Below, piece by piece: positions 37,756 through 46,265 of a stretch of 64,000 bases of DNA. Position 1 is the first letter of the stretch. Each line of letters begins with the position of its first letter. The position numbers were made by a program, and so were the translations under genes. The DNA comes from Bryobacterales bacterium (lineage in GTDB: Bacteria; Acidobacteriota; Terriglobia; Bryobacterales; UBA6623), in assembly GCA_965219605.1 (NCBI GenBank), contig CBDCOC010000004.1, forward strand, positions 121,619 through 185,618, given 5' to 3'. The notes under the pieces are model-generated. The model made no database searches and was not told the origin of the DNA. It saw only the letters and a program-made list of their open reading frames with translations.

Positions 37756-38440
37756 ATGCAGTTCTGGCTTTCCGGGTTCCGCAATTGGCGCGGCCTGCGC
37801 GCCGCGGCGGTCTGGGCCGGCACCTTGGGCTTGCTGGCGCCTGCCGGCGCGGCCGATTTGGCAACGGTGCTGGCCAAGATGGACGTCGCGGCCGAAAGCT
37901 GGACGGGCATGCGCGCCAGTCTCGAGTGGGTGCGCTACATGGCGCTGGTCGATGACAGGAGTGTCGAGTCCGGCAAGATCGCGGTCCGCCGCACGGCGGA
38001 TGGCGGTGCCGCGATGCTGATCGCGTTCGAAGAGCCGAACGCCTATTTCCTCTCGGTGCAAGGGGCGAAGGTCGAGATCTACAAGCCCAAGATCAAGACG
38101 GTCGAGGAATACGACGTGAGCGACTCCAAGGCCAAGATGGAGAACGCGCTGCTGCTGGGCTTCGGCGTTTCCGGCAGCTACCTCGCGCAGCACTACGACG
38201 TGGAGCTGGCGGGAGCGGCGACTGTCAAGGGCCATCCCGCCGTGCATCTGGACCTACAGCCGAAGGATCCGCAGGGCGAGTTGAACAGCCAGCACGTCGA
38301 AATGTGGATCTCGACGGAGCACTGGCAGCCGGTGCAGCAGAAGATCCATGACCGGAGCCCGGGCGACTACCGGCTGTTCTCGTACTCGGAAATCGATTTG
38401 AATCCGACACTTAGCGCTCAAGACTTCAAGTTGCGCCTTG
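37756..38440 (+). pseudogene. LolA-like outer-membrane lipoprotein-sorting protein, 3' end replaced by IS debris
   Basis: Signal peptide followed by ...LATVLAKMDVAAESWTGMRASLEWV...VEIYKPKIKTVEEYD.... Similarity stops at ...DFKLRL, and ORF 37756-38790 continues out of frame into transposase sequence. Confidence 0.55.
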
Positions 38441-38444
38441 CGGG

Positions 38445-39150
38445 CGCGAGTTGGCCGCAGTGCAGTGGCAGGCCCCGCAGGGCAGCGTCGCGCCGCCCGC
38501 CGCGACGGTGTATCTCGGGGGCGACGTTACCGGTGTGCCAGTCCGCGCCAGTGAGACGGCCGGGCGGGCCGGCAAGCAGCCCGACGGCTCGGCCCGCACG
38601 TGCGAGGCCAAGCTGGTCGTGGTCTGGACCGCCGAAGCGTGCGACGACGAGGCGCGGCTTGTACGCGCCCCCGGTTCGGCCAGCCACAGCGCTGCAATTG
38701 AGAGCATCGCCAGCCGCGATACCGATGCGGAGACTCCCCGTTTGCCCAGCGCATGCGCCGCGAGGCCGAGCGGCGCGTCATCCTCGGTGACGGCGCGCAG
38801 TGGATCTGTCGCATCGCCGGGGAAGACTACCCCGGCGCGGGCCAGATCGTCGATCTGTGGCACGCCAAAGAAAAACTCTGGGATGTGGCCAAGGCACTTT
38901 ATGGCAGCGCCAAGGCCCAGCACCAGCCCTGGGCCGCCGCCCGCTGCGACGATCTCGAACAGGGGCGCATCGATCCTTTGCTGGCTATCCTGCGCACGCA
39001 CGCTGACCGCTGCCAACAAGCAGCCCGCAACAATTCCCCCCGCTGCAACTCCGCTCGCAGCCAAGCCACTGTCTACAGTCGCAGTATGCGCTGTCCTACC
39101 CGCACTCTCTTCTTCTTACACCCGCCATACCTCCTTGTGTTAAGTCTGTC
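38445..39150 (+). pseudogene. ISKra4-like transposase fragment (C-terminal half, frameshifted)
   Basis: ...GRAGKQPDGSARTCEAKLVVVWTAEACDDEARLVRAPGSASHSAAIES... in one frame. ...RRVILGDGAQWICRIAGEDYPGAGQIVDLWHAKEKLWDVA... in another. Confidence 0.6.
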
Positions 39151-39330
39151 TGCCCGCTAGCGGCTATCCTCACCCCGTGCTGCTATCATGTCAAGCGTGG
39201 CGATAGTCACCCTCTGACCATGCGGCTGAACCGGCAATTATAATTGTCGTTGGGCACCCATGATCCGCTCGGAAATTTTACCAATTTTGTGCAAACGGTT
39301 GATATGTAGCAGCGCGGAGAATTCACATTG

Positions 39331-40233
39331 ATGACGAGCAATTCGTATGGCAATCAAGACGACCTCGAAGTCGGCAAGGTCTTCGACAGTCTTTCCGGAG
39401 TGTCTCGCTACATCAGGATATACTTCGGGGAGACGCAACAACACCTTGGGAGCGGAACCTGTTTCTTCGTGATCTCAGCAGACGGTCCTGTGTTGGTTAC
39501 AAATCGTCATAAATTCACCGGACGAAACAACCTCACCGGCGAGCTTCTCCACAAGCAATGCGGTCTCCCAGACCATGCCGTGGTCACACTGCATGGTCCG
39601 AATGAAGTCCATTACCATATCGACTTAGTGGATCACGTGAACCCCGAACAACCAGCTTGGACAGAGCATCCTACGTTGGGGGCCAAGGCGGACATCGTCG
39701 CGTTACCAGTCAAGGAGGTGGCCAACATTATCGGAGAGAGCAACAGCGTCTCATTGGCGAACGACTGGCACAGATGGGATGTTGGGAGCGAAGTGCAAGT
39801 AATCGGATACCCCTACGGACAGATGGCGGGTCCGTTCCCAGTTTGGTCGAAGGGCTTCATCGCGTCGGAACCCGATGTAGACATTGACGGTTTGCCCCTG
39901 TTCCTCATAGACTGCAGATCGCGGCCAGGTCAGTCTGGTTCGCCCGTGTACGCACGATTCCGTGTCGGGGATGTTGTCAACCACAAGGGAAAGAACTATC
40001 AGGCGAGGAAGCCCATATCCTATTTTGTCGGTGCTTATTCAGGCAGATTGCGCTCCGACTCAGACCTTGGCCTAGTGTGGAAGCGAAGCTGCATACAAGA
40101 ACTCGTTCACCATGCAGTCTCCCATGGGACGCAACATCAAATGGAACTGTGTCGCCACAGGTTCTGCGCGTCTCCCTCCCCTACTTTCAGCCTTGACCGT
40201 TTCGTCCGGAAGGACGCCGGTCAGATAGAATAA
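39331..40233 (+). CDS. Trypsin-like (S1/Trypsin_2) serine protease with no signal peptide
   Basis: GSGTCFFV...VTNRHKF (His), KADIVALPV (Asp) and RPGQSGSPVY (Ser). It lies in an AT-richer patch between IS remnants. Confidence 0.7.
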   Translation: MTSNSYGNQDDLEVGKVFDSLSGVSRYIRIYFGETQQHLGSGTCFFVISADGPVLVTNRHKFTGRNNLTGELLHKQCGLPDHAVVTLHGPNEVHYHIDLVDHVNPEQPAWTEHPTLGAKADIVALPVKEVANIIGESNSVSLANDWHRWDVGSEVQVIGYPYGQMAGPFPVWSKGFIASEPDVDIDGLPLFLIDCRSRPGQSGSPVYARFRVGDVVNHKGKNYQARKPISYFVGAYSGRLRSDSDLGLVWKRSCIQELVHHAVSHGTQHQMELCRHRFCASPSPTFSLDRFVRKDAGQIE

Positions 40234-40290
40234 TCATAACTGGCCAGCTAGTGGTCTGGCCGGGTAGAGGAGGTCGTTACTGAGACTCCT

Positions 40291-40478
40291 CCCCCTTTTA
40301 TGTTGGAATAGTGCCCGAACGAGGAATGGCCGCCACGCCCGTGGAGCCTCTGCCAGCACGGTCGCAGCTGACGCCAGCCAGCGCTGCGACAACTCACAGT
40401 TTCCTGTCCGCCGCAGTGCAGGCAGGAGTGTGCCAAGGGGGCTTGGCCAGGCCCCCTTGGCAGCGACGGGTCGGACCG
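40291..40478 (+). mobile_element. Orphan IS110 left-end fragment (about 185 bp), a copy of 2431-2618
   Basis: Aligns by eye with three substitutions. Similarity ends abruptly at 40478, where IS4-like sequence begins. Confidence 0.85.
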
Positions 40479-40499
40479 CCCCCCATAGGAGTTAACTTG

Positions 40500-41058
40500 T
40501 TTGAGTGAAATCGAAATACGATTCGAGTTGGCCGAGGCGTCGGCGAAGAGGATCAGCCAGTGCTTCGGAAATCTCATTCCATGCGCTGAGAACTTGGGCC
40601 AACGGCAACTCCGGCTCGATAGCGCGCCGGACTTGATGGAGCACGAACTTGAAGTCGCGCCAGGCACTATGCGGCCGGCGGTGCCGCCAGGCGGTATCCC
40701 CAGGGGGAAATTGCGCTGGCATGGTCGATCAGCTGCTCCACCAGCAAAGCCAGCAGCAGCTTGCCGTACAGCCACGCTTTGGCACTGTCGTCGTCATGCT
40801 TGGGCAGGTGCCCCAGTGCCACCAGAGACTTGAAGCGCTTGAACACCAGCTCGACCTGCCAGCGCAGACGATACCACTCCAAGACATGTGCGGCGCTGAA
40901 GTCCGCAGCCGGAAAGGTCGTGAACACGATCACGTAGCGGGCAAACTGCAAGGTTTGCGGCAGCACTTGGTGCCCTTGGCGCTGCGCTTCCTTGCGCAGG
41001 TCCTCGTGCGCGATGCGGATGGCTTCCTCCGACTGAGACGAGGCCCTGAGCGCAGGAA
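40500..41058 (-). pseudogene. IS4-family transposase fragment (C-terminal third, frameshifted)
   Basis: ...SEEAIRIAHEDLRKEAQRQGHQVLPQTLQFARYVIVFTTFPAADFSAAHVLEWYRLRWQVELVFKRFKSLVALGHLPKHD.... Confidence 0.65.
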
Positions 41059-41059
41059 G

Positions 41060-42178
41060 CTACCGGATCATTGCGATATCCCGGTCTCTGCTCGGCGGTT
41101 TCTCCGGCCAGGGCGACTGCGAAGGCCGATCCCACTGGATCTTGAGCTGCGAACCCTCTCCCTCCAAGCCTGCCCCCGTCTCTGCTCGCGCCGGGACTCC
41201 ATGCGCCTCTCCATGCTGTTGCCGCACGGCGTCATCCCTGCCATGTTCCAGCACCCTTCCGCGCTCCATCAGGTAATCGCTGATATCTTGCGCGTCACGG
41301 CTGGCCCGGTAGATCTCCTTGGGGTGGTCCCTCAGCGTCTGCACCCAGTGATCCACGTAGGACGCTGTCCGCGAGCCGTCGTGCCCGATATCCAGCCGGT
41401 CCCCGGTGATCATCGAGCTGATCTCGGCCCGCAACTCCTCCCGCGAGTATGCCACCGATTTGACTCCCTGGCGCATGCCTTCCATCAACGACGGGCGATT
41501 CATGCGCTGCGGATGCCCCGTCCAATGCCCGAGCTCATGCAGCGCCGACTGGTAGTACCCGGCCGCACTGGTGAACTGCTCGCGGTGCGGCAGCACGATC
41601 ACATCCCGGGCGAGGTCGTAGCACACGCGCTCCTCGTTTTTGTGCTCGATGGCCGCTCCGCTGTTCTTGATCAGCCGCTCGACACCTTCGTTGCGCTCCC
41701 ACCGATGGAGCGGCCCCCGCAGCGGCTTGTCCGGCAAGCCGCTGGCCTGCTCGGCGTTGAACACGGTGTACACGTAGCAACGCGGCCGCTGTAGCTTCCG
41801 GACCTCGTATACGGGCTGCGACTTCTCGTTCAGCACGGGCTTGCCCCGCTCGTCGCGCACCATCCGCTTGGCCTCCAACTGCCAATAGAGGATCTGGGAT
41901 CCCTGCTCCCCGCGCTGCACCTGCCCGCCGGCCTCTTGGATTTGCCGGTAGGTGCCCCAGCGCTCGTCCTTGTAGCCGTGCACCTTCGCCAGGCTGGCAA
42001 GCCACGTGCTGTTCCCGCCTTGGTAGTATTTTTCGGTCTTCAGGTTGTACGGCGCCACCTTCTCGCCTGCCGTCCACGACTCCTGCCAGCACGAAGTCCC
42101 GGCCTTGACCTGGGCGATCAGGACATCGGCCACCCGCCGGTAGTAGTCCTGCCGGCCCTGCTCGTCAAGCGGCCTCAT
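41060..42178 (-). CDS. ardC: ArdC-like antirestriction protein (N-terminal ssDNA-binding domain plus HExxH metalloprotease domain)
   Basis: MRPLDEQGRQDYYRRVADVLIAQVKAGTSCWQESW...YQGGNSTWLA...YVYTVFNAEQ...SALHELGHWTGH.... Confidence 0.8.
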   Translation of the reverse strand: MRPLDEQGRQDYYRRVADVLIAQVKAGTSCWQESWTAGEKVAPYNLKTEKYYQGGNSTWLASLAKVHGYKDERWGTYRQIQEAGGQVQRGEQGSQILYWQLEAKRMVRDERGKPVLNEKSQPVYEVRKLQRPRCYVYTVFNAEQASGLPDKPLRGPLHRWERNEGVERLIKNSGAAIEHKNEERVCYDLARDVIVLPHREQFTSAAGYYQSALHELGHWTGHPQRMNRPSLMEGMRQGVKSVAYSREELRAEISSMITGDRLDIGHDGSRTASYVDHWVQTLRDHPKEIYRASRDAQDISDYLMERGRVLEHGRDDAVRQQHGEAHGVPARAETGAGLEGEGSQLKIQWDRPSQSPWPEKPPSRDRDIAMIR

Positions 42179-42395
42179 CGCCGCTCCCCTCGTCGCCGAA
42201 CGCGAACGGATCCTCGGCGGCTTCAAACGCTTCCAGCCAGTCGGTGCAGTCGTCCGCGCATGCGCCGCAGGCAGCGGCCGTCTCCGGATCCATCTCGACC
42301 ATCACTCCGGGCTCGAGCAGCAGGCCGACCTCTGCCTCGGTCGCGGCGCGGTGCAGAAGCACTGCCTTGCCGCCAATGCGCTCGACTCTCTTCAT
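42165..42395 (-). CDS. Small acidic hypothetical protein, translationally coupled between virB11 and ardC
   Basis: ATG at 42395 overlaps the virB11 stop as ATGA. 76 aa with an acidic tail ...AAEDPFAFGDEGSGDEAA. The gene overlaps the ardC start. Confidence 0.45.
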   Translation of the reverse strand: MKRVERIGGKAVLLHRAATEAEVGLLLEPGVMVEMDPETAAACGACADDCTDWLEAFEAAEDPFAFGDEGSGDEAA

Positions 42396-43402
42396 TGCGG
42401 ATCTCTCCCGTCGTCCTCCGCGCTGGCCGCTGCGCCGTCGATGGCCAGCGGCCGGCACTCCCACTGGTGCGTCGACCAGGCAAAGCGCTCCACCCGCAGC
42501 GCCTCGACGACCTTGCGCCTGCCGGCGCGCCGCTCCAAGTGCAGCACCAGGTCGATTACGTCGCCCACCAAGTCCTGCACGGCCTCCCATGGCAGCCCGA
42601 TGCCCGCCTGCAGGACACAGGACGTGCAGCGCTTCAGGGCGTTGGCCGCCGAACTCGCGTGCAGGGTCGACAGGGAGCCGTCGTGCCCGGTATTGAGGGC
42701 CTGCAACAAGTCCCAGGCCTCGCCGCCGCGCACCTCGCCGAGGATGATCCGGTCCGGGCGGTGCCGCAGTGCCGCCCGGACCAAGTCGCGCACAGTGACC
42801 GCCGGTACGCTGTCCGTCGCCCGCCGAGCCTCGAAGCGGATTAGGTTCGGACGCTCGAGTTGCAACTCGACCGTGTCCTCGATAGTCACCACGCGCTCGT
42901 CCATAGGGATCAGCTGCGAAATCGCGGCCAGCAGCGTCGTTTTCCCGGTGCCGGTCCCGCCGCTCACGAGGATGTTGCGCCGCCGGTCCACGGCAAGGCG
43001 CACTGCGCGGGCAACGGCGGCGGGCACGCTGCCCGCGCTGGCGAGGTCGTCCAGTGTCCGCCGCTGCCGAGCGAACTTGCGGATCGTCAGCATCGGCCCG
43101 CCAAAGCTGCAGGGTGGAAGTGCTGCAGCGACGCGCGAGCCATCCGGCAGCCGGGTGTCCAGCAGCGGGCGTTCCGGGCTGATATCGTCGCCTTGGCTGC
43201 GAGCGATGGCCAAGGCTGCCTGCCGCACCTGCTTCGGATCCGGCACGATCCCTGCTACGGCTTCCAGCCGGCCGTCACGCTCGACAAAGACCGCGTCTGG
43301 ATTGACCATCACTTCGCTGACCGAGTCGTCCTCCAGCAGCCCCATCACGGGCCGCAGGAAAGGTGCAATCAGTCGAAAGCTCCGCTCCTCGCTGAGACTC
43401 AC
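42392..43402 (-). CDS. virB11: VirB11/TrbB-family type IV secretion ATPase
   Basis: Walker A SGGTGTGKTT. ...TIEDTVELQL...ILGEVRGGEAWDLLQALNTGHDGSLSTLHASSA.... GTG at 43402 is proposed as the start; the ORF extends to 43540. Confidence 0.85.
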   Translation of the reverse strand: MSLSEERSFRLIAPFLRPVMGLLEDDSVSEVMVNPDAVFVERDGRLEAVAGIVPDPKQVRQAALAIARSQGDDISPERPLLDTRLPDGSRVAAALPPCSFGGPMLTIRKFARQRRTLDDLASAGSVPAAVARAVRLAVDRRRNILVSGGTGTGKTTLLAAISQLIPMDERVVTIEDTVELQLERPNLIRFEARRATDSVPAVTVRDLVRAALRHRPDRIILGEVRGGEAWDLLQALNTGHDGSLSTLHASSAANALKRCTSCVLQAGIGLPWEAVQDLVGDVIDLVLHLERRAGRRKVVEALRVERFAWSTHQWECRPLAIDGAAASAEDDGRDPQ

Positions 43403-43555
43403 CGCGACCCTCCTTCTGGCCTCAATTCCCCGTGCGCGCGCAGCCCCCGCATGTGCCTGAGCGCAATCGCGGAAACACTTGCCGGGGGTGAGCGCACTGG
43501 CGGTGCCAGTTGCGATTGCGCTCTCTTCCGAGCGGCGCACATGCGCGCATATCAG

Positions 43556-43589
43556 GACAAATTATATATGTATAGATATAATTTGTCAA
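43556..43589 (-). promoter_or_regulatory. Consensus sigma70-type promoter (TTGACA-N17-TATAAT on the minus strand) embedded in a 12-bp perfect inverted repeat; candidate operator of the virB11 operon
   Basis: Minus strand reads cTTGACAaattatatctatacataTATAATttgtc. Inverted-repeat arms are GACAAATTATAT (43556-43567) and ATATAATTTGTC (43576-43587). Confidence 0.6.
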
Positions 43590-43830
43590 GGAAAGTTGCG
43601 ATATCCAGAGAAAATAGAGGCATATACTCCATGCCATGCCTTGGTGGATCGCACGGATGCATCCGCATGTGATCACTCATATCCCTGCGCGAGAGCGAAA
43701 GCATGGTTTCTGACTGCCCCGCCGGCGAGCGCTTCCCCCGTTACATGCGCAGCGCCTCGGGCCTGGAAGCGAGCGGCCTGCATCCATCCAGTGCTACGCT
43801 GTACACGGCCATAGCGCCTCCGGTACTGCC

Positions 43831-44682
43831 ATGCCCAGCACCAAAGCATTTGTCGCAGCCCAGCCCGCAGCGCCCGTCGATTACGCTGCCAGGGACGGCC
43901 GGATCATGGCCGAACTGCCCCGCCACGTGGACGCGATCCTGTATGCGCTGGCCACCTTGCGGACTTGGTTCGCCAGCTATGAGCGGGTGCAAGTGGGGGC
44001 GAACATGTTCCTGTACTACCAAGAGGGCGACAACAGCAAGCGGGTCACGCCGGATCTGTTCGTGGCGCGCGGCCTGGCAGCGCTGCCGGAGCGCTCGTAC
44101 AAGCTGTGGGAGGCCGGGCGGCCGCCCGGTTTCGTGCTGGAAGTTGCCTCGCCTAGCACCGAGGATCGCGATTGCGGGGAGAAGCAAGCCTTGTACGCCG
44201 CGATCGGGGTGACGGAGTATTGGCGCTTCCACCCGACGGGCGAGTTGAAGGCTGCCCGGTCGCCGGGGCTGCGCTTGGAGGGCGGAACATTGCAGGGGCT
44301 GGGGTACGCCCCTCTGGCGCTGAGGCGCGACGGATCGATCGACAGCGCAGTCTTGGATTTGAACGTCCGGGTGGACGAGCGCGAGGGGCGTTCGCATCTG
44401 CTGCGCTTCCGGGATCCCAAGACGTGGAATGACCTGCTGACGTTCGAGGAATCGGAGCAAGGCAGGCAGGCAGCGGAACAAGACAGGCAGGCGGCGGAGC
44501 AGGGCAGGCAGCAAGCGCTGCGCCGCTGGCAAGCGGCCGAACGCAGGCACCAGGCGGCCGAACGCAGGCACCGGGCAGCGGAACGCAGGCACCAGGCAGC
44601 CGAACAGGAAATCGCCCGCCTGAAGGCGCAGATTGCCAGACTCGAAAGCCAAGGGCCGGACAAGCACGGAAGCGAGTCCTGA
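43831..44682 (+). CDS. Uma2-family (DUF820) PD-(D/E)xK endonuclease, copy A, with a coiled-coil tail
   Basis: ...VTPDLFVARGL...PPGFVLEVASPSTEDRDCGEKQALYAAIGVTEYWRFHP.... The C-terminal tail has AERRH(Q/R)A repeated three times. Confidence 0.8.
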   Translation: MPSTKAFVAAQPAAPVDYAARDGRIMAELPRHVDAILYALATLRTWFASYERVQVGANMFLYYQEGDNSKRVTPDLFVARGLAALPERSYKLWEAGRPPGFVLEVASPSTEDRDCGEKQALYAAIGVTEYWRFHPTGELKAARSPGLRLEGGTLQGLGYAPLALRRDGSIDSAVLDLNVRVDEREGRSHLLRFRDPKTWNDLLTFEESEQGRQAAEQDRQAAEQGRQQALRRWQAAERRHQAAERRHRAAERRHQAAEQEIARLKAQIARLESQGPDKHGSES

Positions 44683-44751
44683 GCCGGCTGGGCGGTGGAT
44701 GCCGACGGCTGCGATGCAAAACGCTCGGCGCTTCCGCGTTCTCCCGTCGCT

Positions 44752-44905
44752 CTACGGCTTGCCCTCTGCCAAGGCTTGGTAATCGAAGCCAGCTTGTACG
44801 CTGCCTCGTCAGACAGGCAAAGTGCTCCACCCGGATCGCCTCGACAACCTTGCGGCTGCCGGTGCGCCCCTCCATTTGCAACACCAGATCGACTATGTCC
44901 CCCAC
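44752..44905 (-). pseudogene. Chimeric scar: virD4 3' end, internal virD4 fragment and virB11 C-terminal fragment
   Basis: ctacggcttgccctctgccaaggcttgg matches the virD4 3' end at 51146. ...SDEAAYKLAS... matches virD4 SDEASCQLAS. VGDIVDLVLQMEGRTGSRKVVEAIRVEH matches virB11 VGDVIDLVLHLERRAGRRKVVEALRVER. Confidence 0.7.
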
Positions 44906-44996
44906 CGTAACTACTCACGCCCGGGCTGGAGGATTTGAGTTTTGGGCTGCGGCAGGCGGGGCCCGGCGGTCGTGGGGAGTGGGGCCGGCGGCGCAG

Positions 44997-45044
44997 CCTA
45001 GTCTGAACTTCATCTGGAAAGGACGAACTAATTGCTTGTTTCAG
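44997..45044 (+). mobile_element. Solo terminal fragment of the IS1634-like element
   Basis: cctagtctgaacttcatctggaaaggacgaactaattgcttgtttcag matches 24649-24696 with about 4 mismatches. Confidence 0.7.
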
Positions 45045-45356
45045 GTTCAGGATAACTCGCCGAAGGCCTTCGTCTTCCCTTGTTTCGTCCGTCCACCCGG
45101 AGGGGCGTCCGTCCATGCCGAGCAAGATCCGCTGCGCCTTCTCATTGAACGCGGAAGGACAGTGCGGATCGCACGGGTCCGGCAGCAGAAGAGCCATCAG
45201 CACGGTGCGCGACGACGCGAGCGTACGACGCGCCCACCAGAGGTGGAGAGTGGCCGGATGACCATGCCGGATCGACTTCTCCCGAACCGCGTGGCGCGAA
45301 ACCTCGGCAATCGGGAAATCGACTTCGGCCAGCCGCTTGCACTCGCGCGGGATCAC
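45045..45356 (-). pseudogene. DUF1156 DNA methyltransferase, N-terminal about 104 codons only (truncated by the IS end)
   Basis: (V)IPRECKRLAEVDFPIAEVSRHAVREKSIRHGHPATLHLWWARRTLASSR..., the DUF1156 signature. The GTG start overlaps the upstream stop as GTGA. Confidence 0.7.
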
Positions 45357-46262
45357 GAGGATATTCCTCCTCCGGGCGCGGAGGGTTCGCCACCCGGAGC
45401 GCTGGATTCGGTCCGCTCTAGGAGTATCTTCCGCGTCCGCTCGATCTCCGAAGCGAGGAGTTCCTCGTCTGGAAGCGTGGTTCGGTACTCGGCCGCCACG
45501 ACCTTGTTCGGCAGGCCCTCCAGCGCGTACCGCGCGACGGTCTCATCCTTCTGGGCGCAAAGGATCAACCCGACCGGCGGGTTTTCGTCCCGACGAACCC
45601 AGTGCTCGCGGGCGTAGTTGAGGTAGAGGTGCATCTGCCCGGCGTCCGCGTGCGTGAACTTGCCGATCTTCAGGTCGATGACCACGAGGCATCGAAGACG
45701 GCGGTGAAAGAAGAGAAGATCGACGCGGTACCACTCGTCGCCGACTCGCAGCCGCCTTTGCCGCGCGATGAAGCAGAAGTCTCCGCCCAGTTCCAGAAGG
45801 AAGGCTTCGAGGTGGCGGGTCCGGGTCTCCTCAAGATCGCTCTCGGAGTACTCGTCCTTCAGGTCGAGGAATTCGAGAACGAACGGATCCTTGATCTCCT
45901 CCTCTGGAATGACGGTGTCACCGGGATCCTCCCCTCCGTCGGCGAGCAGGGCGGCCTTGTTCCTCGATAGCGCGGTTCACTCGTAGAACTGGGTGTTGAT
46001 CTGGCGGTCCAGTTGGCGGACGGTCCATCCTCCGCGGAGCGCTTCGGTCTCGCAGAAGGCGCGGGCGCGTTCGTTCCGCACCGAGAGTAGCTGAACGTAG
46101 GCGGACCAAGGGAGCGGAAACCGCGACCGGATGGGCTCCAGCAAAGATTCTGCAGACGGTGTCTGCACAATCGGCCATGCGAGGTAGAATGCGCGCATGA
46201 GCCAGACGTTGCGGACCGAGAAGCCCCGGCCGTAGCGCACCAAGAGGTCGGCCGCGAGCCGC
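45353..46262 (-). pseudogene. DUF1016 (YhcG-like PD-(D/E)xK nuclease) gene, N-terminally truncated, with an in-frame TGA at 45977-45979
   Basis: ...WTVRQLDRQINTQFYE*TALSRNKAALLAD...DLLFFHRRLRCLVVIDLKIGKFTHADAGQMHLYLNYAREHW...GLILCAQKDETVARYAL.... Confidence 0.7.
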
Positions 46263-46265
46263 TCT

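Noticed and set aside
40242-40261. GGCCAG-N8-CTGGCC hairpin after the protease gene as a rho-independent terminator
   Set aside because: The stem is only 6 bp with an 8-nt loop, and no T-tract follows.
45977-45979. In-frame TGA in the DUF1016 gene as a second selenocysteine site
   Set aside because: The codon replaces a conserved Arg (FYER), consistent with a CGA-to-TGA nonsense change. It is not a redox Cys position, and the gene is also N-terminally truncated, so it is a pseudogene.
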